Below, piece by piece: positions 7,466 through 15,712 of a stretch of 64,000 nucleotides of DNA. Position 1 is the first letter of the stretch, and each line of letters begins with the position of its first letter. The notes under the pieces are model-generated. The model was not told the origin of the DNA and did not search any database. It worked only from the letters and a program-made list of their open reading frames with translations. The position numbers and the translations under genes are program-made. This DNA comes from Promethearchaeota archaeon Loki_b32 (GTDB lineage Archaea > Asgardarchaeota > Lokiarchaeia > Sigyniarchaeales > SOKP01): the NCBI GenBank assembly GCA_005223125.1, contig NJBH01000001.1:45935-109934 (forward strand), read 5' to 3'.

Positions 7466-8644
7466 TTAAAAAAAGTAATATATTTTTCCGTCAAAGTCCT
7501 CTGAAAGAAGTATTTCGGCATTTGCAAGGATTTGCAACATTTTCTCAAGTAAATCCTCCGTAATTCTATCTTGTTGATTAAATAAACGATTTTTAATAGC
7601 TTTGGCAGTATACTTTTCATTATTTTCTTTTAAGAATTGAATTAAGCGGGAATCAATATCATATTTATTGATGAGATATAAGCTCATTCCTTCCCTTTCA
7701 AGCAATTCTCGTATCCAATCATATTTTCCTTTTTGGTCTGTTTGCTTTATGTAATAGAAAGTTTCTGCTAACCGTTCTTTTCTAAGCTCCTTATATATGA
7801 TTTTACCCGAATAATAAATTGAGACATAAAATTCTGGGAGGTATTTGGTACAAAACAAAAAAATACAAACATGGGTAAAAATAGTTATAGATAACATGCC
7901 CAAAGAATCGTGAACTACGCTCCAAGCAAATCCACGAGAATATAAATAGAATTGTATGACTGCGCGAAATATATTATAAAAATAGATTAAAAATATAGAA
8001 AAAATGATAGCTTTTGTTTTTCTCCATATAATATCTTCTTTAGTTTTTTGATTTTTGGAGTGTGGCGTAAAAATAATTACAGCAATAAAAATACTCATTG
8101 CTATTAATCCAGTGCATCCATTGTTTATATACACTCTAACATTCTCTGAAATACCCACAAACCATGTATTGTACATATACGATGTTTGTGCTCCTAAACT
8201 AAAAATAAGATTCAAGAAAAAAACCTGGTGTTTAGCAAATAGTTCATGCAACCATATAATTTCTATCTTCTTTAAAAATTGATTCATGGAAAGTGCGATT
8301 ATTATTATAGCTACAGGAAATAAAATTAGAGCTCTTGTTGAGAAACTGTATTTTTTTCCCCTAAATTGAATAACTGGGGGCTTATTTTTTTTATCTCTAG
8401 TTTTATGTGTTTCATTTAGCTTTGCCCCTTCTTTCAGTGTATGTCTTAAATAATTATAAATCCGATCTAAGTATACATAATTTAATATCAAAAGTAATGG
8501 AATAATTACACTTCCAAGATAAATCCACTTTTCCGACTCCATCAAAGAAATAGCAAGCCCAATATTAAATGCGAATAATAGGTTCATAGAAAATAAAACC
8601 CAGATTACAATTATTATTAGTCTTTTTTTGATTATGTGGCGCAT
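7466..8644 (-). CDS. Exosortase/archaeosortase-family membrane protein with extra soluble C-terminal domain
   Basis: 392 aa with multiple TM helices. The ordered motifs 'NNGCTGLIAMSIF', 'YNIFRAVIQF' and 'VVHDSLGM' match the Cys/Arg/His layout of archaeosortases. The last ~110 aa are hydrophilic and look winged-helix-like. Confidence 0.55.
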   Translation of the reverse strand: MRHIIKKRLIIIVIWVLFSMNLLFAFNIGLAISLMESEKWIYLGSVIIPLLLILNYVYLDRIYNYLRHTLKEGAKLNETHKTRDKKNKPPVIQFRGKKYSFSTRALILFPVAIIIIALSMNQFLKKIEIIWLHELFAKHQVFFLNLIFSLGAQTSYMYNTWFVGISENVRVYINNGCTGLIAMSIFIAVIIFTPHSKNQKTKEDIIWRKTKAIIFSIFLIYFYNIFRAVIQFYLYSRGFAWSVVHDSLGMLSITIFTHVCIFLFCTKYLPEFYVSIYYSGKIIYKELRKERLAETFYYIKQTDQKGKYDWIRELLEREGMSLYLINKYDIDSRLIQFLKENNEKYTAKAIKNRLFNQQDRITEDLLEKMLQILANAEILLSEDFDGKIYYFF

Positions 8645-8826
8645 TGTATTTCTAATTAGAATAACATAAGAAATTATTTAAATTTCGGTTAAAGTTAACA
8701 AATTAAATCTTACTTCTAATCTAACCGAGCCTGGAATAATGCAAGCGCTAAATTTAGATTTCACGTTTATTATGGATTGAATTTAAATCTGATATAAATG
8801 TAATTAATATATCAGATAACAAGTAT

Positions 8827-9663
8827 GTGATGAAAAGCATGCCTTTTTTTACTTCTAATGATGTTGATATTAATTATATAGATGTGGGTAGCGGAGAACC
8901 ATTGATTTTTGTATGTGGGACGTTTACAAAATTCCAATCGTGGAATTATCAAATCAACTATTTTAAAGAAAAAATGAGGGTAATCACATTTGATAATAGG
9001 GGGACTGGGAGGAGCTCTCGCCCAGATTATCCATACAGCATGGAAATGCTGGTAGAGGACCTTAAAAATTTGCTTGGCTATCTTGATATAAACGAGGGAG
9101 TCCATCTTTGTGGTTCAAGTATGGGAGCAATGATCTCTCAGACGTTTGCCTTAAAATATCCTCACATTGTAAAGACTCTGATTCTTTGCGGTTCCACTGC
9201 TTACTATTCCTCAAAAACATGTGATCAAAATGTTCTAGTGCTTGATTCTCTTAAGGAGTTAGAATTGAATGAAAGGGTGGAATATTTCTTTCCCCTTATG
9301 TATTCTAGAGCTTTTAAAAAAAGATTAGGCGAAGATAAAGATTTATATAATAAGATTAGCATGGATATGAACTTTTGTGCTCAAATCATAGATCCTCCAG
9401 AATATAAGGATTATATCAATCAAAACGAAGTATTAAGGGATTTTGATATGCGAGATTCGATAAAAGACATTACTCAGCCGACTTTAATTCTTTCAGGAGC
9501 AAAAGATAGAATGGCAATTCCAGGAGAACTAGATACTATGCATGAGCAAATTCCCAATTCAGTATTAGAGACTATTCCCGGAATGGGTCATGCTTTTAAT
9601 ATAGAAGCTCCAGAAGAAACAAATAATACTATTTGGAATTTTCTCCAGAAACATATATCCTAA
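8827..9663 (+). CDS. Alpha/beta-fold hydrolase
   Basis: Contains 'GSGEPLIFVCGT', 'DNRGTGRSS', the nucleophile elbow 'GSSMGA' and the C-terminal 'GMGHAFNIEAPEE'. The probable start is the ATG at 8830. Confidence 0.85.
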   Translation: MMKSMPFFTSNDVDINYIDVGSGEPLIFVCGTFTKFQSWNYQINYFKEKMRVITFDNRGTGRSSRPDYPYSMEMLVEDLKNLLGYLDINEGVHLCGSSMGAMISQTFALKYPHIVKTLILCGSTAYYSSKTCDQNVLVLDSLKELELNERVEYFFPLMYSRAFKKRLGEDKDLYNKISMDMNFCAQIIDPPEYKDYINQNEVLRDFDMRDSIKDITQPTLILSGAKDRMAIPGELDTMHEQIPNSVLETIPGMGHAFNIEAPEETNNTIWNFLQKHIS

Positions 9664-9720
9664 GAATTCGGATATCTTTGGAGATTTCATTAAATTAAAC
9701 TAAAGAGAGGGTATAAGAAA

Positions 9721-10164
9721 ATGACAAAAAATGTATACATATTATATTATTCAAAAACAGGCAACACAAGAAAAATGGCAGAGCAAATTTTAGAGACTTT
9801 TTCCAAATTAGAATCTGATAGTGTGGATATGAAACTTATGGATGCTAAGGAACTAGATCTTGCAGCTCTAAAATCTGCAGATGGTTATATTATTGGAACA
9901 CCAAATTATTTTAGTGCCCCGTCGGGTTATATAAAGATATTCTTTGATGAATTATTTATGGATAGAGCAATTTTAAAAGGACGACCAGTATTTTGTTTTG
10001 TTTCTCATGGTGGTAGTGGAGATATTAAACACCTAAAAGTAATGTGCGATTGGTTAGAATTAAAAATTGTTGGTCCGGCAATTGTTGTGAAAGGAAATAA
10101 CATATCATCAAAGGATATAACATCAATTGAAACAAATATTCAAGAAATGATGAAATTACTCTAA
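9721..10164 (+). CDS. Flavodoxin-like FMN protein
   Basis: Contains 'VYILYYSKTGNTRKMAE' (FMN phosphate loop) and 'GTPNYF'. Length is 147 aa. Confidence 0.8.
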   Translation: MTKNVYILYYSKTGNTRKMAEQILETFSKLESDSVDMKLMDAKELDLAALKSADGYIIGTPNYFSAPSGYIKIFFDELFMDRAILKGRPVFCFVSHGGSGDIKHLKVMCDWLELKIVGPAIVVKGNNISSKDITSIETNIQEMMKLL

Positions 10165-10354
10165 CTCTTTTTTATTTTTTTAATATTTCTTTTCTATTAA
10201 TAAACAAAAATACAAGAGCAGATTTCATAGCTACATTAGAAAAACAGGTTTTGAATTCTTACATCTGATATAATTAAACTATCTGGATTAGCTTCAAATA
10301 GATCCTTTAGATTTTCTAAAACTGTGTCGTCTATCTTTTCACTCAACAGATAAT

Positions 10355-11125
10355 TCAACAAGGATATTCATGGATGTTTCTTTCTTTAAATTCTGGTAGG
10401 TCATCTGGCGGCCAACTTCTGGGAGTTTTATAATTTTTTATGAACCGATGGTCGCACATGGGAGCTCCAAATCCAAGAGTTTGAGTACGAGAGAATCCAA
10501 ATCCTAAAATATTTGCTTCAGAGAAGTCAGCTAAACAAAATAAGTGGACAAATTTTTCAGCATCTAATCTCTTAAGAGCTTTATGTAATCCACACTCATA
10601 AAAATCAAAGCCCCACTCGAAAGTTTTGCCGTCACCTTCAACATAATCCGCAACCCAATCATCTGGATATTTCCTTAATTTTGAAGCTTCGCATAGTTTT
10701 TTCACATAATCAACGTAGGCGGTCTCAAATGGATATTGAGCTGGATCTTTACCAATTTTTTCCAAATTTTTTTTTCTGATTGTATTATGTATATCACGGA
10801 ACTCATAATAAAATTCCCCTATCTCTCGAAGTGTGAATCCTTCTTTTTCTAGGACTCGAAACATTGCGAGACTAGACATTCCTCCAACAAGGAGAGTGGT
10901 GTAGGAATTTTTATTTCCGCCAATATAAGGTATTTCAGGAATTATTTTCTCATATTCTGCTTTCATTTGGGTAAAGATTTCGGAGAGTTTAGCCTCGTTG
11001 AACTTACTTTTAAACACATCCCTCGCAACTTCAAGCGCCTTAGAAAAATTTTTCATGAGTTTTGGTTTTCGTTTAATATAATAATCTTTTATAACCTTTC
11101 CAGCCATTTTTAGATTTATCACCAA
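10355..11125 (-). CDS. L-2-amino-thiazoline-4-carboxylic acid hydrolase (ATC hydrolase) family protein
   Basis: C-terminal 'FYECGLHKALKRLDAEKFVHLFCLADFSEANILGFGFSRTQTLGFGAPMCDHRF' matches the family signature as I recall it. Confidence 0.55.
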   Translation of the reverse strand: MVINLKMAGKVIKDYYIKRKPKLMKNFSKALEVARDVFKSKFNEAKLSEIFTQMKAEYEKIIPEIPYIGGNKNSYTTLLVGGMSSLAMFRVLEKEGFTLREIGEFYYEFRDIHNTIRKKNLEKIGKDPAQYPFETAYVDYVKKLCEASKLRKYPDDWVADYVEGDGKTFEWGFDFYECGLHKALKRLDAEKFVHLFCLADFSEANILGFGFSRTQTLGFGAPMCDHRFIKNYKTPRSWPPDDLPEFKERNIHEYPC

Positions 11126-11260
11126 TTTTTGGTTACATATTGGATTAAGACTACATCAAAATAAACTTTTCTTTCTCTAAGAATTCGATTATATCTTGAG
11201 TAAAATAAAAATATTATATAATAGGAGTTTAATGATATTTATCGATATTTGATTAAAGAA

Positions 11261-11530
11261 TTACATTATTTCTACTAGTTATTTTATTATCTTAATCAAG
11301 TTAGAATGGAAGGAACGTTTAGTTCAGGTACAAAATATCTTGCTTCACACTTGGCTCATAAAATTCCTTATGAAACTCAACAATTGTGTGGAGGGATTGC
11401 GTTTACTGATAATCTACGGATTGATAAAGCATTAGAGGCTGCAAAGGTTAAGGAAATAATAGGTGGTGCCCGAAATATTCAGCTTTATTTGGTTAGTAGA
11501 GCTATAAAAGATATGATTTTTCTTTTTTAA
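11261..11530 (+). pseudogene. Internal-deletion derivative of an acyl-CoA dehydrogenase paralogue (promoter/5' leader fused to last ~70 codons)
   Basis: 11261-11312 parallels 15651-15702 ('ttatcttaatca.gtta.aatggaagg'). 11313-11530 parallels 16758-16975. 25 of 71 codons differ from the intact gene, but only 4 change the amino acid. Confidence 0.8.
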
Positions 11531-11581
11531 TTGAAATAAAAGGTATAATAAAAATATAAAAAATCTATTATGATAAAATTT

Positions 11582-12158
11582 TTATTTATTTTGAAGGCTT
11601 TCAATAACCTTTTCGTATTTTTCATGAATTAGGGTTTTGTCAAAATCTCAGGATTCTTGGAGCATTTTATCCTGTTCTTTTTCAGTAAAGTACTTCATTA
11701 CAGGGATAAAAAAATGCTTATCTTCTTTTTCAATATGTTTTGGGTAAAATTCAACTAAATCACCCAACAAATTTACAATTTCATCTTGTATTTTGACTTA
11801 TTGTGATTAGGAGAGAGTGATTTCTTTTCTAGATCTCTAAAAAGAATGTCTTCTTCTTTGCCATGATGAGTTCTATCAGCGTACATCCTGATGAAATCAA
11901 CAGCAATATCAATAAAAAGAGGATTCGTTTTATTGTATTTTTTCATTTTTTCAATTTCTTTTTTAATACTAGCATACGATTGTTGCATACAGTATCATAC
12001 CATTTCTTATCTTTACGAAGTTCCTTAATAATATTCATGCACATAAATTCCTTGTAATCACTGTATTTCTCTGGTAATTCGATCTCCAATAATGGCATTC
12101 TTTTTACAACCTTTCTTTTTGGTTTATCATTTTCACATACGCGACATTTTGCTTTCAT
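11582..12158 (-). pseudogene. Hemerythrin-like (HHE cation-binding) domain gene, decayed
   Basis: 'DFIRMYADRTHHGKEEDILF' and 'YPKHIEKEDKHFFIPVMKYFTEKEQDKMLQES*DFDKTLIHEKYEKV' are hemerythrin-domain signatures. They are spread over three frames, with an in-frame TGA at 11648-11650. Confidence 0.6.
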
Positions 12159-12655
12159 TTTTTCACCTTTTTTTAAAATATTCTAACGTCCATTCTGTAT
12201 TAGGACACGCTTATCTTAACACGAATTTTAAATTTTTAATAAATATTTTACAGTAATTAAAAAAAATGGTAAATAAGAACATTTAAACTTTTTAGTTTAA
12301 AATAATTGTTAGTTAAAATCTCTTATATCTATCAAGATTTTAATTTCATTAATTAATATATTTAGAAATATTCGCAAAAATAAGTAAAAATTTTTGCCTA
12401 AGAAAGTATAATAAACATAATATAACACATAGAAAAAAAGCCCTATCTCCCTAAAATTTTAAACCCTTTCACTTTTTTCTCTTAAAATACCTCAATTTAA
12501 CCCTATTACACTAAGAATAACCAAGATATTTTCTAACAGAATTTTGAAGTGTATTTTTCATAATACCAAGGTTTATTAAATTTAAAAATTTATCTTACAT
12601 ACTTGAACTGAGATATTTCAAAGTTCCAAGTATAAAATTAAAATTTGGTGAAAGT

Positions 12656-12796
12656 ATGTCTAATAGAAATTATGGCAATAGAACGATGCACAAAGCCACA
12701 TGTGCCGACTGCGGGAACGAGTGCGAAGTTCCATTTAAGCCTAAGGAAGACAGACCTGTTTATTGTCGAGAGTGTTATAGAAAGCGTAGAAGATAA
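12656..12796 (+). CDS. Small CxxC-x17-CxxC zinc-ribbon protein
   Basis: This 46-aa ORF is not in the track: 'MSNRNYGNRTMHKATCADCGNECEVPFKPKEDRPVYCRECYRKRRR'. It is GC-richer than its surroundings and matches a widespread CxxC...PVYCxxC mini-protein family. Confidence 0.7.
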   Translation: MSNRNYGNRTMHKATCADCGNECEVPFKPKEDRPVYCRECYRKRRR

Positions 12797-12858
12797 TTAA
12801 TTCTATTTTTTCTAAGTTTTGGATACAACCAAAAACTTATTTTCTAACTTATCGAGTA

Positions 12859-13134
12859 ATGATTTATTTTTTTTTTATTTTTTTTAGCCCTAGGGCTATA
12901 AGAATGAACCTACACAAAATAATTAAAGAACCTGCTTATGTGAATGGAACTATCGCATATGCTGCAGATTATCTAAAGGGTTTAATTGTTGTTGATGTTA
13001 GTGATCTATCTAATCCTACAAAGATTGCTCAATATTTCGACGGAGGGCATGTTTATGATGTAGAGGTTATTAATAAGATTGCTTATGTCGCTGATCGGGA
13101 TGATGGTTTGGAGATCATTGAAATTTTGATATAA
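12859..13134 (+). pseudogene. LVIVD-repeat (beta-propeller surface protein) fragment
   Basis: 'AYAADYLKGLIVVDVSDLSNPTKIAQYFDGGHVYDVEVINKIAYVADRDDGLEIIEI' gives about 1.5 LVIVD repeats. The N-terminus 'MIYFFFIFFSPRAIR' is poly-T-derived nonsense and there is no signal peptide. Confidence 0.55.
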
Positions 13135-13349
13135 AAATCGCATATTAGTTCTTAATTAAAGTATTAGAAGATGCTGAAGTTCAGGAAATAATATATGATG
13201 CTCGAACAAAATTTAAATTATAATAATTCCAAAGATTGATCCATACAAAAATGTCTTGTGGAATAGATAAAATTTTATTTGGTATATTTGTGGATTAGAA
13301 ATCGCATATTTCGAAGATGATATTATTTATAAAAGATGTTGATAAACGT

Positions 13350-13814
13350 CTAATCCAAGTCAATAAAGTCTTCCAAGAAAAATAAATCAATTTCAAAAGC
13401 ATTAATTATTAATGGGTTTTTTAATTCTCCTTCTTTTTTAGCAAATAATGCAGGAATTTTATTTTTTGTTGCTAATGCGATTGTAGCACAATCGGGAAGT
13501 GATATTGGATTATTACATTTTAATATACTGATATCTCTAAGGAAATTTTCTAATGAATGTATGTTAAAAAAAATTGAATCAATGAGATTATCAACCTTTT
13601 CAAAAGCTCGTTGCCTTCCAATTTTTCTACATAGTATGTATTCAGTCTCTATAATTGCTAGACTCGTTGTCATTGGTGTAATTTCATTATTTAAAATATT
13701 TTTAAAAAGATCAGACTCATCCCCAGATAAAAGAAGTTCAATAACGGCACCCCCATCAAAAACAACTTCTTTAAAAGGATACTTCATCTTTTCTCCTCTC
13801 TTGGTACAACTCAC
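13350..13814 (-). CDS. vapC: PIN-domain toxin
   Basis: Contains 'KEVVFDGGAVIELLL', '...TSLAIIETEYIL...' and a C-terminal acidic region. It overlaps the upstream RHH gene. The likely start is the internal MKYPF. Confidence 0.7.
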   Translation of the reverse strand: MSCTKRGEKMKYPFKEVVFDGGAVIELLLSGDESDLFKNILNNEITPMTTSLAIIETEYILCRKIGRQRAFEKVDNLIDSIFFNIHSLENFLRDISILKCNNPISLPDCATIALATKNKIPALFAKKEGELKNPLIINAFEIDLFFLEDFIDLD

Positions 13815-14016
13815 TTAATACTTCATCAACATCTACATCTTCAATTTTTTTACAAGAATCTCGAAATTTTTCTTTGTCTTTCTTCTTCTGGTAATTTTCT
13901 ATCAAGAATTTTATTGTAGTATCATAATTTATTTTTTTTCTTCTTTTCATTTGCAATTGAGCTGCAATCTTTAGAAGATCTTCCTTAGTTTCATCATTTA
14001 TGGTAATTGTAGTAAT
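13771..14016 (-). CDS. Ribbon-helix-helix antitoxin; no canonical start codon for the full fold
   Basis: The frame is open from 14016 (just after a TAA) and reads 'ITTITINDETKEDLLKIAAQLQMKRRKKINYDTTIKFLIENY...'. That gives an RHH strand plus two helices. The first ATG/GTG/TTG is the TTG at 13956, downstream of the strand. Confidence 0.5.
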   Translation of the reverse strand: MTTITINDETKEDLLKIAAQLQMKRRKKINYDTTIKFLIENYQKKKDKEKFRDSCKKIEDVDVDEVLSELYQERRKDEVSF

Positions 14017-14364
14017 TTAATTCACCTCATAGTTTTAACATTATTCATAGAATATATAGAAATAATAGTATTTATTTTTTCTTATAAAAATCGCTGAACG
14101 GCTTTCTATAATTTATTAGTATAATATCAGCAAATCTATGTTTCAATGATTTTGTAAAAATCTACCAAAGGCTTCATATATATTGGATGAGATTAATTTT
14201 GATTTATATGTCATTTCTCAAAAAATTTATTGAACTCGTTCCTACATAATTTAAACCTTCAATAATCCATTCAAATATCATTATAATTTGTTTAGAAGAA
14301 GAATTATAATGCCAGTGAGGTTAAAAATAACTTCTATTTAATAAAAAAGATTTTAAAAAAAAAA

Positions 14365-14757
14365 ATGTTAAATACTATGGTGGAAGAAAAAAATATCACA
14401 GAGAAATTAGAAACCGTTTTAAAAAGATTATTAGCAAGTAATCGAGACATTACAATTGTTATAGTCACTACAATGGAGGGGCTTCCAATTCTTTCAATAT
14501 TACCCCGAGGATATGATGAAACTAGAATTTCTGCTATGGTTGCTACATTACTCTCTTTATCCGAAAGAACTGTCGTAGATATGGAAATAGGGGTATTTAA
14601 ACAGATATTTATCAAAGGAGTTGATGGTTATTTATTAATTTTTGATGCTGAACCGGCGGTATTGGCAGTCTCAACTACAGAAAAAGCGAAATTGGGGCTA
14701 GTTTTCCTTGAATGTGAGCGTGCTTCGCATAAAATATCAAAAATTTTAAAAAAATAG
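14365..14757 (+). CDS. Roadblock/LC7 (MglB-like) domain protein
   Basis: 'LETVLKRLLASNRDITIVIVTTMEGLPILS...ETRISAMVATLLSLSERTVVDMEIGVFKQIFIKGVDGYLLIFDAEPAVLAVSTTEKAKLGLV' is a canonical Roadblock pattern. Confidence 0.8.
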   Translation: MLNTMVEEKNITEKLETVLKRLLASNRDITIVIVTTMEGLPILSILPRGYDETRISAMVATLLSLSERTVVDMEIGVFKQIFIKGVDGYLLIFDAEPAVLAVSTTEKAKLGLVFLECERASHKISKILKK

Positions 14758-14848
14758 AAATAAAGAATGGTTACATTAGCTTTACTAATTAATTTAGCTA
14801 TAGTTGCTTGGCTTAAATTAAGAAATTTTAGTTATGAAAATCATGATA

Positions 14849-15265
14849 TTAAGATGATTCAAAAAATTGGATTTCTTTTGTTCTTTCAATAATTTCATTA
14901 TCGAAAGTGGCTAATGGGAAATTTAATTCAAATGCTAATTGAACTATGATTGCATCCATTCCCTTTAATTTAAAATTGAGTCCATGATTTTGTGCTTTAA
15001 GCATTCTCTTTTCATTCAGTTCGTAAATCTTAATTTTTTTTTCTTTAACCCAATTTTGGATTATTTCTTCACTTTCCTTTGCTTCTTCTATTCCCACTCT
15101 CCTTGCAATGGCACAACATATTTCAATAGGGTTTATCATAGATACATGAAAATTTAATTCACCATTTTCCATTCTTTCAATAATACTAATGCTCTTCTGG
15201 TGAAATTTATCATTTTTTATTAAAGATGCAATAAAAACATTAGAATCTACGATTATATCTTTCAT
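14849..15265 (-). CDS. vapC: PIN-domain toxin (VapC family)
   Basis: Contains 'IIVDSNVFIASL' and the C-terminal 'PLATFDNEI'. There is a 4-nt overlap with the upstream AbrB gene. Confidence 0.85.
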   Translation of the reverse strand: MKDIIVDSNVFIASLIKNDKFHQKSISIIERMENGELNFHVSMINPIEICCAIARRVGIEEAKESEEIIQNWVKEKKIKIYELNEKRMLKAQNHGLNFKLKGMDAIIVQLAFELNFPLATFDNEIIERTKEIQFFESS

Positions 15266-15498
15266 TTTGTTCTATCCTCTTGAATCGCTTGTACAGAAGA
15301 AATTTCTGAAGGCCATTTCTTACTTACTTTCTCTTTAAGTCTCTTCCATTTTTTAAATGAAGATTCTATAGGTTTTATTAATATACCATCTTCAACTTCG
15401 ATTTCCTCGATAAGTGAACCTGGTTCTATGCCAAATTTCTCTCTTATTTTTTTTATCAAGGTAACTTGTCCTTTAGGTCCAACTTTTAATTTGGTCAT
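15262..15498 (-). CDS. vapB: SpoVT/AbrB-type antitoxin (VapB family)
   Basis: 'LKVGPKGQVTLIKKIREKFGIEPGS' is the AbrB motif. Confidence 0.8.
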   Translation of the reverse strand: MTKLKVGPKGQVTLIKKIREKFGIEPGSLIEEIEVEDGILIKPIESSFKKWKRLKEKVSKKWPSEISSVQAIQEDRTK

Positions 15499-15712
15499 AC
15501 TAGAAAAATAGTAATACCTCTATTTATGTCTTACTTCTTTAAATATGTAAAAACTGTGGTTATTGGAATTCAAACCTATATTAATAACTATAGTTTATTA
15601 AATCAAAATTATTTATCTATACCAATTTTCCATATTTTTTTAAATTGAAGTACGTTATTTCCACTAATTATTATATTATCTTAATCATGTTATAATGGAA
15701 GGTGATAATTGA

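Noticed and set aside
11648-11650. In-frame TGA in the hemerythrin-like gene as a possible selenocysteine codon.
   Set aside because: The gene also carries at least two frameshifts. The aligned position is expected to be aromatic rather than Cys, and no SECIS-like structure was evident. Decay is the simpler reading.
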